A DNA stretch of 64,000 nucleotides, taken from positions 160,001 through 224,000 of the forward strand of contig CBDCXM010000002.1 of the NCBI GenBank assembly GCA_965223855.1. Direction: 5' to 3'. Under the pieces are notes generated by a model. The model worked only from the letters and a program-made list of their open reading frames with translations, was not told where the DNA came from and ran no database searches. How positions within the stretch are numbered: position 1 is the stretch's first letter; each line of letters opens with the position of its first letter. Source of the stretch: Candidatus Multivoradales bacterium (GTDB lineage: Bacteria > Acidobacteriota > Thermoanaerobaculia > Multivoradales > JAHEKO01). This document shows, piece by piece, positions 9,219 through 19,738 of the stretch. The translations under genes and the position numbers were made by a program.

Positions 9219-10339
9219 CGTTCTGTCTCTACGGGAAGTGGAAGCTCAGCGGATTCTAGCAATCGATCGAAGGACTCGGAGGTGCGCTCGACGAAGCCGT
9301 CGTCGGTCCGGTCCAGAAAGAGCACCGCCCACCCCTCGACTCGCGCGACTTCCAGCCCCTCTTCGCTTCCCAGGACCAGCATCGCCGTAGCGACGGCATC
9401 GGCGACGGCACATTCGTCATGAAGCACGGTCGTGGACGCGGTGCGATGGGTTGCCGGCCCTCCTGTCCGCGGGTCGAGGACGTGACTGATTCGACGTCCT
9501 TCCACTTCGCGATAGTTCCGATAGTCGCCGCTCGTCGCCATCGCAAGATCCCTCAAGGGAACGACTCGCTGAACGACACCGCGCGCCGCATCCGGACGCT
9601 CGATCCCGAGTGTCCACGCCGCGCCGTCCGGCCGGCGTCCCCCTGCCCGCACCTCCCCCCCGAGCTCGATCAGGTGCCACACGAATCCGAGCGCTTCCAG
9701 CGCCGCCGCCGCGCGGTCGACCGCGTACCCCTTGGCCACGCCCGAAAGGTCGATCTGGAGACCCGGGAGGGCCTTCTCGGCGGTTCCCGCCTCTCGATCG
9801 ATGCTCAGGTGAGCGTCACCCACCACCTCGCGCGCCGTCTCGAGAGTCGTCGGATCCGGATCTCCACGGTGCGCCGCGCTCCCGAATCCCCAGGCTGCGA
9901 CCAGCGGTGCGACCGTGACGTCGAAGGCTCCTCCCGTCCGCGCCGAGACATCAAGTGCGATCGAGAGGACGTCCAGGGTTGGAGGAGACATGGGCTGCGG
10001 CTCGGTCGACGGAGTGTCGTTGAAGCGAGTCACCTCGGACGCTCGATAGGTGGTCATCGCGTCATCCACCGCGCGGAAGGCTTGGTCGACGGCATCCCTC
10101 GCCGCCTCCAGCTCGGCCTCGGTGGCGGGCGTCCCCAACTTCACCGAGTAGGTGGTGCCCATCACCTCTCCCACGAACGAAGCGGGACCGGGCGCGGGAG
10201 CCGGCGCACAGCCGAACCCGAACCACCCAACCATCAACAGGCCGGTCGCCCGAAGGTGCCACACGAATCCGCGGGATGCGGAGGTGGGCCTCACTTCACC
10301 CCTCTTACGCAGGTGCCACACGAATGCGACGGCCTCCAC
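9215..10339 (-). CDS. apbE: FAD:protein FMN transferase ApbE (lipoprotein)
   Basis: MGTTYSV, GAFDVTV.PLV..WGF, DLSGVAKGYAVD, ELGGE, ATSGDYRNY, SHVLDPRTG, ADAVATA; lipobox FGC; GTG 10339 with GAGGA RBS (start uncertain). Confidence 0.93.
   Translation of the reverse strand: MEAVAFVWHLRKRGEVRPTSASRGFVWHLRATGLLMVGWFGFGCAPAPAPGPASFVGEVMGTTYSVKLGTPATEAELEAARDAVDQAFRAVDDAMTTYRASEVTRFNDTPSTEPQPMSPPTLDVLSIALDVSARTGGAFDVTVAPLVAAWGFGSAAHRGDPDPTTLETAREVVGDAHLSIDREAGTAEKALPGLQIDLSGVAKGYAVDRAAAALEALGFVWHLIELGGEVRAGGRRPDGAAWTLGIERPDAARGVVQRVVPLRDLAMATSGDYRNYREVEGRRISHVLDPRTGGPATHRTASTTVLHDECAVADAVATAMLVLGSEEGLEVARVEGWAVLFLDRTDDGFVERTSESFDRLLESAELPLPVETER
9672..9688 (+). repeat. REP-like motif AGGTGCCACACGAATCC, copy inside the apbE coding sequence
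   Basis: Exact 17-nt match to copies at 10254-10270 and 16550-16566. Confidence 0.85.
10254..10325 (+). repeat. Two copies of REP-like motif AGGTGCCACACGAAT (10254-10268, 10311-10325) at the 5' end of apbE
   Basis: Exact 15-nt matches to the motif flanking the transposase at 16488 and 16550. Confidence 0.9.
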
Positions 10340-10408
10340 CCATTCCTCGGCGCAGGAGTGCCAGGCGAATACGAGCGGAACGCGAGCTGCGACCGCTTCT
10401 CGGCAGGC

Positions 10409-11638
10409 TCAACCGCCGAAGTCGTCGAAGAGGATGTTCTCCGGCTCGACCCCGAGGCTGTCGAGCATCTCCCGGCACGCCTGGAGCATCAGCGGCGGGC
10501 CGCAGATGTAGTACTCGCAGTCTTCGGGCGCCGGGTGGTCCTTGAGGTAATTGTCGAGCAACACCTGGTGAATGAAGCCCGTATATCCACTCCAGTTGTC
10601 TTCCGGCATCGGATCGGAGAGAGCCAGGTGCCACTCGAAATTGTCGTTCGCGGCGGCGATCTCGTTGAAGTCGTCCTCGTAGAACGACTCGCGTCGGCTG
10701 CGCGCGCCATACCAGAAGGAGACCTTGCGATCGGTGCCGAGGCGCTTGAACTGGTCGAAGATGTGGGACCGCATCGGTGCCATGCCGGCCCCGCCGCCGA
10801 TGAAGATCATCTCGGCGTCGGTGTCCTTGGCGAAGAACTCTCCGAACGGCCCGGAGATCACCACTTCGTCCCCCGGCTTGAGGTTGAAGATATAGGAGGA
10901 CATCACGCCCGGCGGAGTGCCTTCCGGCGCCCTCGGCGGGGGAGAAGCGACGCGGACGTTGAGCATGATCATGCCGCGCTCTTCCGGGTAGTTGGCCATC
11001 GAGTAGGCCCGCTGCGCCGGCTCGTCCACCACTGACACGTAACGCCACAGATTGAACTTGTCCCAGTCCTCGCGGTACTTCTCGGCGACGTCGAAATCCT
11101 CGTACTTCGCGACGTGAGGCGGGCATTCGATCTGGATATAGCCGCCGGCCCGGAACGGCACCGACTCACCCTCCGGAAGCTCCAGAACCAGCTCCTTGAT
11201 GAAGGTGGCGACGTTGTCGTTCGACCGCACCTTGCAGGTCCACCGCTTGACGTCGAGGATCTCCGGCTCCATCTCGATCGACATGTCACCCTTGACCTTC
11301 ACCTGGCAAGAAAGACGGCAGCCTTCCCGCGCCTCACCGCGACTGATGTGCCCCGCCTCGGTCGGCAGCATCGCCCCGCCGCCATCGAGGACGTTGACCT
11401 TGCAGACTCCGCAGCTCCCCTTCCCGCCGCATGCGGACGGGACGAAGATCCCCTTGTCGGCCAGCGCACCGAGCAGCGTGCCGCCGGCGGAGACGGTCAT
11501 CGCCAGATCCGGATCACCGTTGACCTCGATCGTGACGTCTCCCGACTGCACGAGTCGGGCGCGCGCGGCGAGTACGATCGCCACCAGCGACAGGATGACC
11601 GCCGTGAACATCGCAACGCCGATGAGGATGGTCGACAT
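10409..11638 (-). CDS. nqrF: Na+-translocating NADH:quinone reductase subunit F
   Basis: [12 protein letters not shown] 2Fe-2S motif, [36 protein letters not shown]. Confidence 0.97.
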   Translation of the reverse strand: MSTILIGVAMFTAVILSLVAIVLAARARLVQSGDVTIEVNGDPDLAMTVSAGGTLLGALADKGIFVPSACGGKGSCGVCKVNVLDGGGAMLPTEAGHISRGEAREGCRLSCQVKVKGDMSIEMEPEILDVKRWTCKVRSNDNVATFIKELVLELPEGESVPFRAGGYIQIECPPHVAKYEDFDVAEKYREDWDKFNLWRYVSVVDEPAQRAYSMANYPEERGMIMLNVRVASPPPRAPEGTPPGVMSSYIFNLKPGDEVVISGPFGEFFAKDTDAEMIFIGGGAGMAPMRSHIFDQFKRLGTDRKVSFWYGARSRRESFYEDDFNEIAAANDNFEWHLALSDPMPEDNWSGYTGFIHQVLLDNYLKDHPAPEDCEYYICGPPLMLQACREMLDSLGVEPENILFDDFGG

Positions 11639-12252
11639 CAGAGCTGAATCCCGGAGAACGCCAGGAAGGCGATAGCGAGCAGGCCGGTCAGAAGGAAGGC
11701 CATTCCGAGGCCGCGCAGACCCTCCGGCACGTTGCTGTAGCGCAATCGCTCCCGGCACGAGGCGAGCGCCACGATGGCGAGCGCCCAGCCGACACCGGAG
11801 CCGAAGCCGAAGACGGCGCTCTCGGTGAGGTTGTACTCACGCTCCACCATGAAGAGCGACGCGCCGAGGATGGCGCAGTTGACGGCGATCAGCGGCAGGA
11901 AGACGCCGAGCGTGGTGTAGAGCGCCGGAGCGTAGCGATCGAGCGCCATCTCGACGATCTGGACCGCTGCGGCGATCGAGCCGATGTAGGAGAGCAGCCC
12001 GAGGAAGGAAAGGTCGTAGCCACCCAGAGACTCGTTGACCCAGGAGAGCGCTCCTTCCTTGAGGAGGTAGGAGTAGACGAGGTTGTTCAGCGGCACCGTG
12101 ACCGTCATGACGAAGATCACCGCCGCTCCGAGCCCGATCGCCGTCTCGACCTTCTTGGAACAGGCGAGGAAGGTGCACATGCCGAGGAAGAAGGCGAGCG
12201 CCAGATTCTCGACGAAGATCGCCTTGATGGCGAGGTTCAGGTACTGTTCCAT
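11638..12252 (-). CDS. nqrE: Na+-NQR subunit E
   Basis: [35 protein letters not shown]. Confidence 0.97.
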   Translation of the reverse strand: MEQYLNLAIKAIFVENLALAFFLGMCTFLACSKKVETAIGLGAAVIFVMTVTVPLNNLVYSYLLKEGALSWVNESLGGYDLSFLGLLSYIGSIAAAVQIVEMALDRYAPALYTTLGVFLPLIAVNCAILGASLFMVEREYNLTESAVFGFGSGVGWALAIVALASCRERLRYSNVPEGLRGLGMAFLLTGLLAIAFLAFSGIQL

Positions 12253-12875
12253 CAGTCCTCCTCCACCTGCTCGGGCTTCCAGGTCCTCAGCCCCCAGATC
12301 AGGAAGGCGATGAGGAAGAACGCCCCGGGCGAGAGCACCATCAGGCCGTTCGGGACGTACCAACCCCCCTCGGAGACCAGGGGCAGCACCGGATGGCCGT
12401 AGATCTTTCCGGAGCCCAGCAGCTCACGGAAGAAGCCGACGATCAGGAGTACGACGGCGTAGCCGAAGCCGTTGCCGAGGCCGTCGAGAAGACTCTTGCC
12501 CGGCGAGTTCTGCATCGCATATCCCTCGGCGCGCCCCATGATGATGCAGTTCGTGATGATGAGGCCGACGAAGACCGAGAGCTGCTTGGAGACGTCGAAG
12601 AGGAAAGCCTTGAGAACCTGGTCGGCGACGATCACGAACGAGGCGATGATCGTCAGCTGGACGATGATGCGGATGCTCGACGGGATGTGATTGCGCAGCA
12701 GGCTCACGGAGACGTTCGAGGCCGACAGCACGGCGATCACGGCGGCCGACATGACCACCGAGGTCTCGAGCTTGGTCGTTACGGCCAGCGCCGAACAGAT
12801 GCCCAGGACCTGAAGGGCGATCGGGTTGTTCGTGAAGATCGGATCGAGGACGATCTGCGAGTTCTTGTCGGCCAT
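12252..12875 (-). CDS. nqrD: Na+-NQR subunit D
   Basis: [36 protein letters not shown]. Confidence 0.97.
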   Translation of the reverse strand: MADKNSQIVLDPIFTNNPIALQVLGICSALAVTTKLETSVVMSAAVIAVLSASNVSVSLLRNHIPSSIRIIVQLTIIASFVIVADQVLKAFLFDVSKQLSVFVGLIITNCIIMGRAEGYAMQNSPGKSLLDGLGNGFGYAVVLLIVGFFRELLGSGKIYGHPVLPLVSEGGWYVPNGLMVLSPGAFFLIAFLIWGLRTWKPEQVEED

Positions 12876-13678
12876 CAGGCGGCGCTCCTCTCGGCGCTGG
12901 GACGATCGTCGTTGGCGAGGCGCAGCTTCTCGAGGTACGGGCCGAACCCATCGGGACCGAGCCAGAAGTCGAGCATGTTGGTGATCCCGCGGCTGGTGAT
13001 GGTCGCCCCGGAGAGGCCATCGACCTGGAGCGGCGCCTCTGAGGCCGGCGGCGCCAGCCCCTTGACCACCTCGAGGGCGGGTTGCCAGGAGTCGTCGAAC
13101 ACCTCCCTGCCGGGCCACAGCGCCTTCCATCTCGGGTTGTCGACTTCGCCTCCGAGCCCGGGCGTCTCCTTGTGCTCGTAGTAGGTGATGCCGACCACGG
13201 TGTCGGTGTCGTCATCGAGCGCCAGATAGCCGTAGAGCGTGCCCCACAGCCCGTAGCCCTCGATCGGCAGCACCACCTTGTCGAGGGCGCCGGAGTCGTC
13301 GAGGACCTTGTAGACGAGCGCCAGTTCGGGCACCCGGTTGACCCGAGCCGGATTGCTCTCGACCGCTCGCGAGCGGGCCGGGTCCTTCTTGGCTTTCTGC
13401 TGGTCGTAGGTCTGAGTGTCGCCTTCCGCCTCTTCGCCGGTGGCGAGGTCGACGAGCACCGCCTCGAGGCGTGCCGACTTGGCGGCGAGCTCGTCGCCTG
13501 CCGGCTTTTCGCCGGCGGCGATCAGTCCGGCCGCCTCGAGCACGTTGAGCTGCCGATCGAGCACCTTGTTGGCCTCCTGCTCTTCCTTGAGAGTGACGGC
13601 GGAGCTCGAGACCATCACCGCGCACAGCACGCAGAGGCCGGCGGAGAAGAGCAGGGTGTAGAGGACGCTATGCCGCAT
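12875..13678 (-). CDS. nqrC: Na+-NQR subunit C
   Basis: [31 protein letters not shown]-attachment motif. Confidence 0.96.
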   Translation of the reverse strand: MRHSVLYTLLFSAGLCVLCAVMVSSSAVTLKEEQEANKVLDRQLNVLEAAGLIAAGEKPAGDELAAKSARLEAVLVDLATGEEAEGDTQTYDQQKAKKDPARSRAVESNPARVNRVPELALVYKVLDDSGALDKVVLPIEGYGLWGTLYGYLALDDDTDTVVGITYYEHKETPGLGGEVDNPRWKALWPGREVFDDSWQPALEVVKGLAPPASEAPLQVDGLSGATITSRGITNMLDFWLGPDGFGPYLEKLRLANDDRPSAERSAA

Positions 13679-14888
13679 ATCGGGCCTGTCGACGTTTGAT
13701 GTTCGCGCGGACGACGAAGTGGTCGATCGTCGAGGCGAATACGTTCATGAAAAGGATGGCGAGCATCATCCCCTCCGGATAGGCGGGGTTGAGCACCCGC
13801 ACGACGATCGCCATGACACCGACGAGGAAGCCGTAGATGTACTTGCCGGCGTTCGTGTGGGCCGCCGAGACGGGGTCGGTTGCCATGAAGACGGCGCCGA
13901 AGGCCCAGCCGCCGAGGACGATCTGCCAGTGGAACGGCACGTTGATCAGCAGGTTGGTCTCGGAGCCGACAGCATTGAGCAGGGCGGTCGTGGCGAAGGT
14001 GCCGATGACGAGCGACACCATGATGCGCCACGAGCCGATGCCGGAGAGCACCAGGATGGCGGCGCCGATGAGGCACGCGATGGCGGAGGTCTCTCCCATC
14101 GAGCCCGGGATGGTTCCGACGAGCGCGTCCTTCCAGGCCAGTCCCTTCTCGAGACCCGCCACGCCGTCCGTGGCGGCGATCGAGAGCCAGGTCGCGCCGC
14201 TGTAACCGTCGGGGCTCGTCTGGGCGGCGATCCACACCTTGTCTCCGGAGATCTCCGCAGGGTAGGCGAAGAACAGGAACGCGCGCGCCGTGAGTGCCGG
14301 GTTGAGGATGTTCATCCCGGTGCCTCCGAAGACCTCCTTGCCGACGATGACGCCGAAGAGGACGCCGAGGGCGACCTGCCAGAGAGGGATGGTCGGCGGC
14401 AGGGTCAACGGCAGCAGCATGCCGGTGACGAGGAAGCCCTCGTTGATCTCGTGCTTGCGGACGATGGAGAAGAGAGCTTCGGCGTTGCCTCCGACCACGA
14501 ACGTGACGAGAAGCACGGGAAGGTAGTAGAGAGCGCCGTGGGTGATGCAGGCGAGCATGTCGGCCGGGTTGAAGGCGAGACCGAGACGCTCCATCGCCGT
14601 CGTCTGCCAGGTGTCGAGTGGCAGTGCTCCGCCCGTGATCGCCCGATGGGCTTGGAGGCCGGTGTTGTACATCGCCATGAACATCGTCGGGATGAGCGCC
14701 ACGACGACGGTCATCATCATCCGCTTGAGATCGAGCGCGTCGCGGACGTGCGTCGAGCCCGACGTGACCGTCCCGGGGGTGTAGAGGAACGTGTCCGGGG
14801 CCTCGTATAGGGCATGGAACTTCTCGAGCTTGCCTCCGGGCTCGAAATGCTTCGACTGGCGATCGAGGAACCTACGCAGGAACTTCAT
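13668..14888 (-). CDS. nqrB: Na+-NQR subunit B
   Basis: [32 protein letters not shown] site, [19 protein letters not shown]. Confidence 0.97.
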   Translation of the reverse strand: MKFLRRFLDRQSKHFEPGGKLEKFHALYEAPDTFLYTPGTVTSGSTHVRDALDLKRMMMTVVVALIPTMFMAMYNTGLQAHRAITGGALPLDTWQTTAMERLGLAFNPADMLACITHGALYYLPVLLVTFVVGGNAEALFSIVRKHEINEGFLVTGMLLPLTLPPTIPLWQVALGVLFGVIVGKEVFGGTGMNILNPALTARAFLFFAYPAEISGDKVWIAAQTSPDGYSGATWLSIAATDGVAGLEKGLAWKDALVGTIPGSMGETSAIACLIGAAILVLSGIGSWRIMVSLVIGTFATTALLNAVGSETNLLINVPFHWQIVLGGWAFGAVFMATDPVSAAHTNAGKYIYGFLVGVMAIVVRVLNPAYPEGMMLAILFMNVFASTIDHFVVRANIKRRQARYAA

Positions 14889-16255
14889 CAGCCTTCCTTC
14901 TCGATCGTGGTCAGCATCGACCGCAGGTACTCGCCGTAGTTGTGCTTGCCGGGGCAGACGAAGGACAGCACTCCGAGGTCCTCCTCGTCGAGTTCGAGGA
15001 CGCCGAGTGTCTCGGCCTGCTCCAGGTCTCCGGCGGCGAGCGAGCGCAGCAGATAGGAGGGCGGGATGTCGAAGGGAAACACCTTCTCGTACATGCCGAT
15101 CGGGACGATGGCGCGGTCGGAGCCGTTCTTGGTGGTGGAGAAGGGGAACCTCCGGCCCGGCAGGAGCTTCGAGGCGAACACGTTGACGACGGAGAACTTG
15201 TCGGTGCCGGGCGTCAGCCAACCGAGGAACTCGCGCTCCCGACCCTCGCGCAGGACGGTCACCTGGTTGTGATGCCGGCCGAGGAAGCCGTGGATCTCGC
15301 CCATGGCCCTGCGTCCGTAGAGCGGTGAGCCGGAGATGACGCGGTTGTCACCCTCGACGAGCTCGCCGCGCACCAGATCGTCGAGGTGGGCTCCGATGCG
15401 GGTTCGAAGGAGTCGCGGCCGCTCGACCGCGGGCCCGGCCAGTGCGATCGTGCGCTGCACGTCGAGGTTGCCGGTCTCGAAAAGGTGCCCGATCGCCAGC
15501 ACTTCCTGGTAGCCGATCCACCAGACGGTGCGTTGGCGACTCGCGGGTGCAAGTTGGTGGATGTGGTAGCCGGCCGTGCCGGAGGGATGGGGGCCGGAGA
15601 ACTGCTCGTGCCGGAAGTCGCCCGCGGGCAGCGTCGGAGTGAATCCGGTGTGGGTGCAGACAAAGACCGGCCCGTCGGTCAACTTGCCGAGGGCGGTGAG
15701 GCCGCGCTCCAGGTCTCCTTCGCGACCGGCGATCACCTGTCGCGGATCGGGGGAAAGGGGGTGGGAGTCGGTGAGATTGACGAAGATCGCCGCGGCAGTG
15801 GAGTCGGGTTCGGGAACCCGGCTGAACGGCCGGCGCCGCAGGGCGACCCACTGCCCGGACTCGACCAGCAGTGCCCGAACCTGGTCACCGGTCATCGCGT
15901 TCGGATGCTGACCGGAGAAGGCGCGGAATCGACTGGCACCTCCCTTGCCGCCGCGCTCCGCCGCCGTGAGCTCGACGACGACCGACTGCAGTGCTCGCCG
16001 GTCGCCGCGGTGGACTCCGACCACCTTGCCGTCGGCCGGGGAGGTGTGGAGCACGCCGGGAGTCTTCTTGTCCTCGAACAGGACCTGCCCTCTTTGTACC
16101 GAGTCGCCGACGCCGACCTTCATCGTCGGCTTGAGGCCGACGAAGTCGTGGGCCAGGACGGCGACGCGGGCGACCTGGCGGGCATCCTCGACGATGGCTT
16201 CAGGGCTGCCCGTGATCGGGAGGTCGATCCCGGTACGCGTTCTGTGGTGGGCCAT
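14888..16255 (-). CDS. nqrA: Na+-NQR subunit A
   Basis: [35 protein letters not shown]...FVCPGK, IEKEG. Confidence 0.96.
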   Translation of the reverse strand: MAHHRTRTGIDLPITGSPEAIVEDARQVARVAVLAHDFVGLKPTMKVGVGDSVQRGQVLFEDKKTPGVLHTSPADGKVVGVHRGDRRALQSVVVELTAAERGGKGGASRFRAFSGQHPNAMTGDQVRALLVESGQWVALRRRPFSRVPEPDSTAAAIFVNLTDSHPLSPDPRQVIAGREGDLERGLTALGKLTDGPVFVCTHTGFTPTLPAGDFRHEQFSGPHPSGTAGYHIHQLAPASRQRTVWWIGYQEVLAIGHLFETGNLDVQRTIALAGPAVERPRLLRTRIGAHLDDLVRGELVEGDNRVISGSPLYGRRAMGEIHGFLGRHHNQVTVLREGREREFLGWLTPGTDKFSVVNVFASKLLPGRRFPFSTTKNGSDRAIVPIGMYEKVFPFDIPPSYLLRSLAAGDLEQAETLGVLELDEEDLGVLSFVCPGKHNYGEYLRSMLTTIEKEG

Positions 16256-16309
16256 TCGTATCTGGTTCCAGTGCTGTGAGCCGGGTGGCTGAGAGGCGAT
16301 TCTGTCTGC

Positions 16310-16327
16310 TTGTGAAAAAAATCACAA
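16310..16327. promoter_or_regulatory. Palindromic operator TTGTGA-N6-TCACAA upstream of nqrA (Rex-like or CRP/FNR-like)
   Basis: TTGTGAAAAAAATCACAA, 55 nt upstream of the nqrA start, in an AT-rich patch; matches TGTGA-N6-TCACA and nearly matches TTGTGAA-N4-TTCACAA. Confidence 0.65.
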
Positions 16328-16487
16328 GCTCAATCACACATCCCGCTGACCGGGACTCGACGAAACGAGACGCGGCCGGACCGACGGTTTCCGGCGCAGC
16401 GGTTTGTGAATCCCCATTGTCCCCGACCGCCGAGATCGCCGTCAACACTCCGCCGCCGAGCGTTGCCCCGAGCAGGTGCAGTGGGGA

Positions 16488-17808
16488 AGGTGCCACACGA
16501 ATGTCCGCCGGCCGAGTAGGTGCGCCCGCAGAGTAGGTGCCCGCAGAGTAGGTGCCACACGAATCCAGACAACGAGGTTCTCATCCGCTGTGAGATCCGG
16601 GTGTGCGATGCCGTCTGGCTGGTGTGATGGCACGCCCGCTGCGATACCTCCCTTCAGAGGCTCTGGTAGAAGTTACCTGCCGCGTACTTCAGCGCAGATT
16701 CCTCCTTCGGCCGTCGCCGGCCCTCAACGCGATCGTCATAGGAGCCCTCGCTCGAGGGCAGGAGCGGTACGGGATGAGGGTCTGCGCCTTCATCTACCTC
16801 TCGAACCACTGCCACCTCCTGCTCTATCCGACCGACGGCAAGCAGCTTGCCGACTTCATGCGCTACGTGAACTCGAAGATTGCGCGAGAGGTCTGTCGGC
16901 TGCATGACTGGGGTGAGAAGGTGTGGGGCAGGCGCTATGTGGGCATCAGGGTGTCGGACACGAGGGTAGATCAGGTTCGCCGGCTCCGGTATCTGCTCTC
17001 GCAGGGCTGCAAGGAGGGGCTCGTCGCCTCTCCTCGGCATTGGCCCGGTGCGACGTCCACGAGAGCACTGATGCAGGACGAAGAGGTCGAAGGAGTCTGG
17101 ATCGACAGGACGTCTCAGTACCGTGCCAAAGGAGGGCGAGGAGCAGGGCCCGAAGCTCGGTTCACGACTCGCCATCGTCTGAAGCTCACGCCGCTGCCGT
17201 GCTGGGAAGGTACTCCGGACGCCGAATGGAGAGCAGAGGTGAGGAGGCTCGTCAAGGAGATCGAGGACGAGGCGCCGAGAAAGGTCCTGGGGAGGAGGGC
17301 GATCCTTCGACAGCATCCTCATGATCGTCCGAAAGGGCCTGCGTCATGGAGGCCCGCACCTCGGTTCCACGCCATCGAGCGGGAGGTCAGACAGTCTCTC
17401 GAGAACGCCTATCGGCTGGCGGTCATCGCCTACCGTGAGGCACGCGAGGAACTGCTTGAGGGGAGGGAGGCTCGCTTCCCATGCGGTTGCTTCCCTCCTG
17501 CCCTGAGTTTCGTTCGGATGCAGGTGTGACCGCAGTGTCTGACCGTCCTAGCGACGACAGCAGGATCGCCGGAACTCCGCGCTAGCTGGACGACCGGGAA
17601 GGTAGAGGCGAGGGCTTCACAGAGACCTGGCCCGTCGGCAGCTGCCTTCTGCTTCTCCGGCGCTACTTGGTGCTGTCGTCAGCCCATCGGAACGGGCGGT
17701 GGGCGCGCGAAGGCCGCGCCTTACGCTCCGCATGAAGAGTGGCTCGCGCCGGCGGACCTCCACCGGAGCCCTTGCTACCAGTCGTGGTCGGCAATCGTGT
17801 GGCACTTT
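16488..17808 (+). mobile_element. RAYT-like (HUH/Y1 tyrosine transposase) element with inverted REP-like ends
   Basis: Left side: AGGTGCCACACGAAT at 16488 and 16550, plus three GAGTAGGTGC iterations (16514, 16531, 16546). Right side: inverted AATCGTGTGGCACTTT at 17793-17808. Transposase ORF lies between them. Confidence 0.75.
16627..17529 (+). CDS. REP-associated tyrosine transposase-like protein (Y1_Tnp/HUH)
   Basis: MARPLR..., EVTCR...RFLLRP, LSNHCHLL (HUH), VWGRRY, YLLSQGCKEGLV.SP.HWPG; weaker GC3 bias than neighbouring genes. Confidence 0.85.
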   Translation: MARPLRYLPSEALVEVTCRVLQRRFLLRPSPALNAIVIGALARGQERYGMRVCAFIYLSNHCHLLLYPTDGKQLADFMRYVNSKIAREVCRLHDWGEKVWGRRYVGIRVSDTRVDQVRRLRYLLSQGCKEGLVASPRHWPGATSTRALMQDEEVEGVWIDRTSQYRAKGGRGAGPEARFTTRHRLKLTPLPCWEGTPDAEWRAEVRRLVKEIEDEAPRKVLGRRAILRQHPHDRPKGPASWRPAPRFHAIEREVRQSLENAYRLAVIAYREAREELLEGREARFPCGCFPPALSFVRMQV

Positions 17809-17817
17809 GTTTCTTCT

Positions 17818-19602
17818 CTACTGCGTCTTGTGCCGCGTTGCGACGCGTCGGCGCAGGGACTCGATGGAATCGTCTGGCACCGCGGTGATGAGCTGGCGGG
17901 TGTAGGGGTGTCGCGGGGCGGAGTAGATCCGCTCGGCGGCGCCGAACTCGACGAGGCGGCCGGCTCTCATGACGGCGATCATGTCGGAGGCGAAGCGGAC
18001 GACGGAGAGGTCGTGGCTGATGAAGAGGTAGGCGAGGTTGCGCTCCTCCTGGAGGTCCTTGAGGAGGTTGAGGACCTGGGCCTGGACGGAGACGTCGAGC
18101 GCCGAGACGCACTCGTCGCAGATGACGAGATCCGGATCGACGGAGAGCGCGCGGGCGATGGCGATGCGCTGCCGCTGCCCGCCGGAGAACTCGTGCGGGT
18201 AGCGTTCGAGGTGATCGGCCTCCAGCCCAACTTCGGCAAGCAGGGCGGCTGCTCGTTCTCGACGGTCGCTTCGGCTGTCACCGATTCCGTGGACCGCCAT
18301 CGGCTCCGTCAGCAGGGCGCCGACTCGCATCCTCGGGTTGAGCGAACCGTAGGGGTCCTGGAAGATCATCTGGAAGCGACGGCGGGATCTCCGAAGCACT
18401 TTTCCGCGCAACGTCGCCAGATCCACGCCGTCGAACATCACCGACCCGGCGGTCGGCTCGATCAGTCGCAGGACGGCTCGTCCGAGGGTCGTCTTGCCGC
18501 AACCCGACTCGCCGACGAGCCCGACCGTCTGGCCGCGGTAGATGTCGAGATCGACCGCATCGACCGCCCGGACCGGCGGCGAGCCGCCACGCAACCAGCT
18601 CTGCCGACCGGGATACTCCACCTCCAGGCCTCGGATCGAGAGCAGGGGAGTCTCGCCTTCTTCGACGAAGGTGGCTTCGCTGTCACCGCCTGAGTCGAAC
18701 CCGGGGTGGAGGCGCCGGGGCCGCCCGGCCGATTCGTAGGAGGCGAGGTCGAGCGCTCCACCGTCCCGCTCCGCCGTGAGGAAGTCGCCGACGGTCGGTA
18801 GCCGCCGGAAGGTCGTGTCGAGTCTCGGGCGGCAGGCGAGAAGCCCACGGGTGTAGGGATGCCGCGGCCGCTCGAAGAGTTCGAGCACCGGCGCCGTCTC
18901 GACCAGCTTGCCCTGGAAGAGCACCGCGACATCGTCCGCGATCTCGGCGATAACCCCCAGGTCGTGGGTGATGAAGAGCATCGCCATCCCGCGCTCGTCG
19001 CGCAGCCGGCGGAGCAGTTCGAGAATCTGAGCCTGCAGCGTCACATCGAGCGCGGTCGTCGGCTCGTCGGCGATCAGCAGCCTCGGCGACCCGGCGAGCG
19101 CCATCGCGATCATCACTCGCTGCTTCTGGCCGCCGGAGAGTTCATGCGGAAACGAGTGGTACCTCTCGGCCGGCCCCGGAAGGCCGACCTCCTCGAACAG
19201 TGTTACGGCCCTCTCGGCCGCCTCCCGCCGCGATGTGCGCTCGTGAAGACGGATCGTCTCGGCCACCTGTTGCCCGACCTTGTAGACCGGGTTGAGGGCG
19301 GCGCCCGGCTCCTGAAACACCATGGCAATCTCGGCGCCGCGGATCGGACGCAGCTCGCGCGGCGGAAGCCTCACCAGGTCGCGACCGAGCCAGGAGACGC
19401 TGCCGGCGGTGAGACGGGCGTTGTCCGGAAGCAGTCCGAGCACCGACAGAGAAGTCACGGATTTCCCGGAACCGGACTCGCCGACCAGCCCGAGCGTGCG
19501 TCCGGGCTCGATCGAGAAGCTGACGTCGTCGACGGCGATCGCCGTGCCGCCGAACTCGGTTCTGAGTCCGTCGACTTCGAGCAGCGGCTTGATCTCTGTC
19601 AT
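17818..19602 (-). CDS. Peptide/dipeptide ABC transporter ATP-binding protein (two NBDs)
   Basis: Two [16 protein letters not shown] Walker A motifs, ELSGGQ/EFSGGQ, HPYT motifs. Confidence 0.95.
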   Translation of the reverse strand: MTEIKPLLEVDGLRTEFGGTAIAVDDVSFSIEPGRTLGLVGESGSGKSVTSLSVLGLLPDNARLTAGSVSWLGRDLVRLPPRELRPIRGAEIAMVFQEPGAALNPVYKVGQQVAETIRLHERTSRREAAERAVTLFEEVGLPGPAERYHSFPHELSGGQKQRVMIAMALAGSPRLLIADEPTTALDVTLQAQILELLRRLRDERGMAMLFITHDLGVIAEIADDVAVLFQGKLVETAPVLELFERPRHPYTRGLLACRPRLDTTFRRLPTVGDFLTAERDGGALDLASYESAGRPRRLHPGFDSGGDSEATFVEEGETPLLSIRGLEVEYPGRQSWLRGGSPPVRAVDAVDLDIYRGQTVGLVGESGCGKTTLGRAVLRLIEPTAGSVMFDGVDLATLRGKVLRRSRRRFQMIFQDPYGSLNPRMRVGALLTEPMAVHGIGDSRSDRRERAAALLAEVGLEADHLERYPHEFSGGQRQRIAIARALSVDPDLVICDECVSALDVSVQAQVLNLLKDLQEERNLAYLFISHDLSVVRFASDMIAVMRAGRLVEFGAAERIYSAPRHPYTRQLITAVPDDSIESLRRRVATRHKTQ

Positions 19603-19738
19603 GGAAGAGGTCTCGAACCCGGGAGCCGTGCCGGTCGCTGACACCGGCGCCTCACGATCGCGAAACTCTAGCAGCGCCTCGCGGACATGCTCGCCTCCTC
19701 GTCTATGATCGGCACGCATCAGCCGAAAGGAGTCGCCC

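Noticed and set aside
16488-16566. Possible CRISPR-like array
   Set aside because: Units are only 10-17 nt, spacing is irregular, there are no unique 30-40 nt spacers and no cas genes; better explained as REP-like transposon ends
19603-19738. ZTP or THF riboswitch upstream of fhs
   Set aside because: Consensus elements not seen; a TATGAT -10 lies about 30 nt before the start, leaving no room
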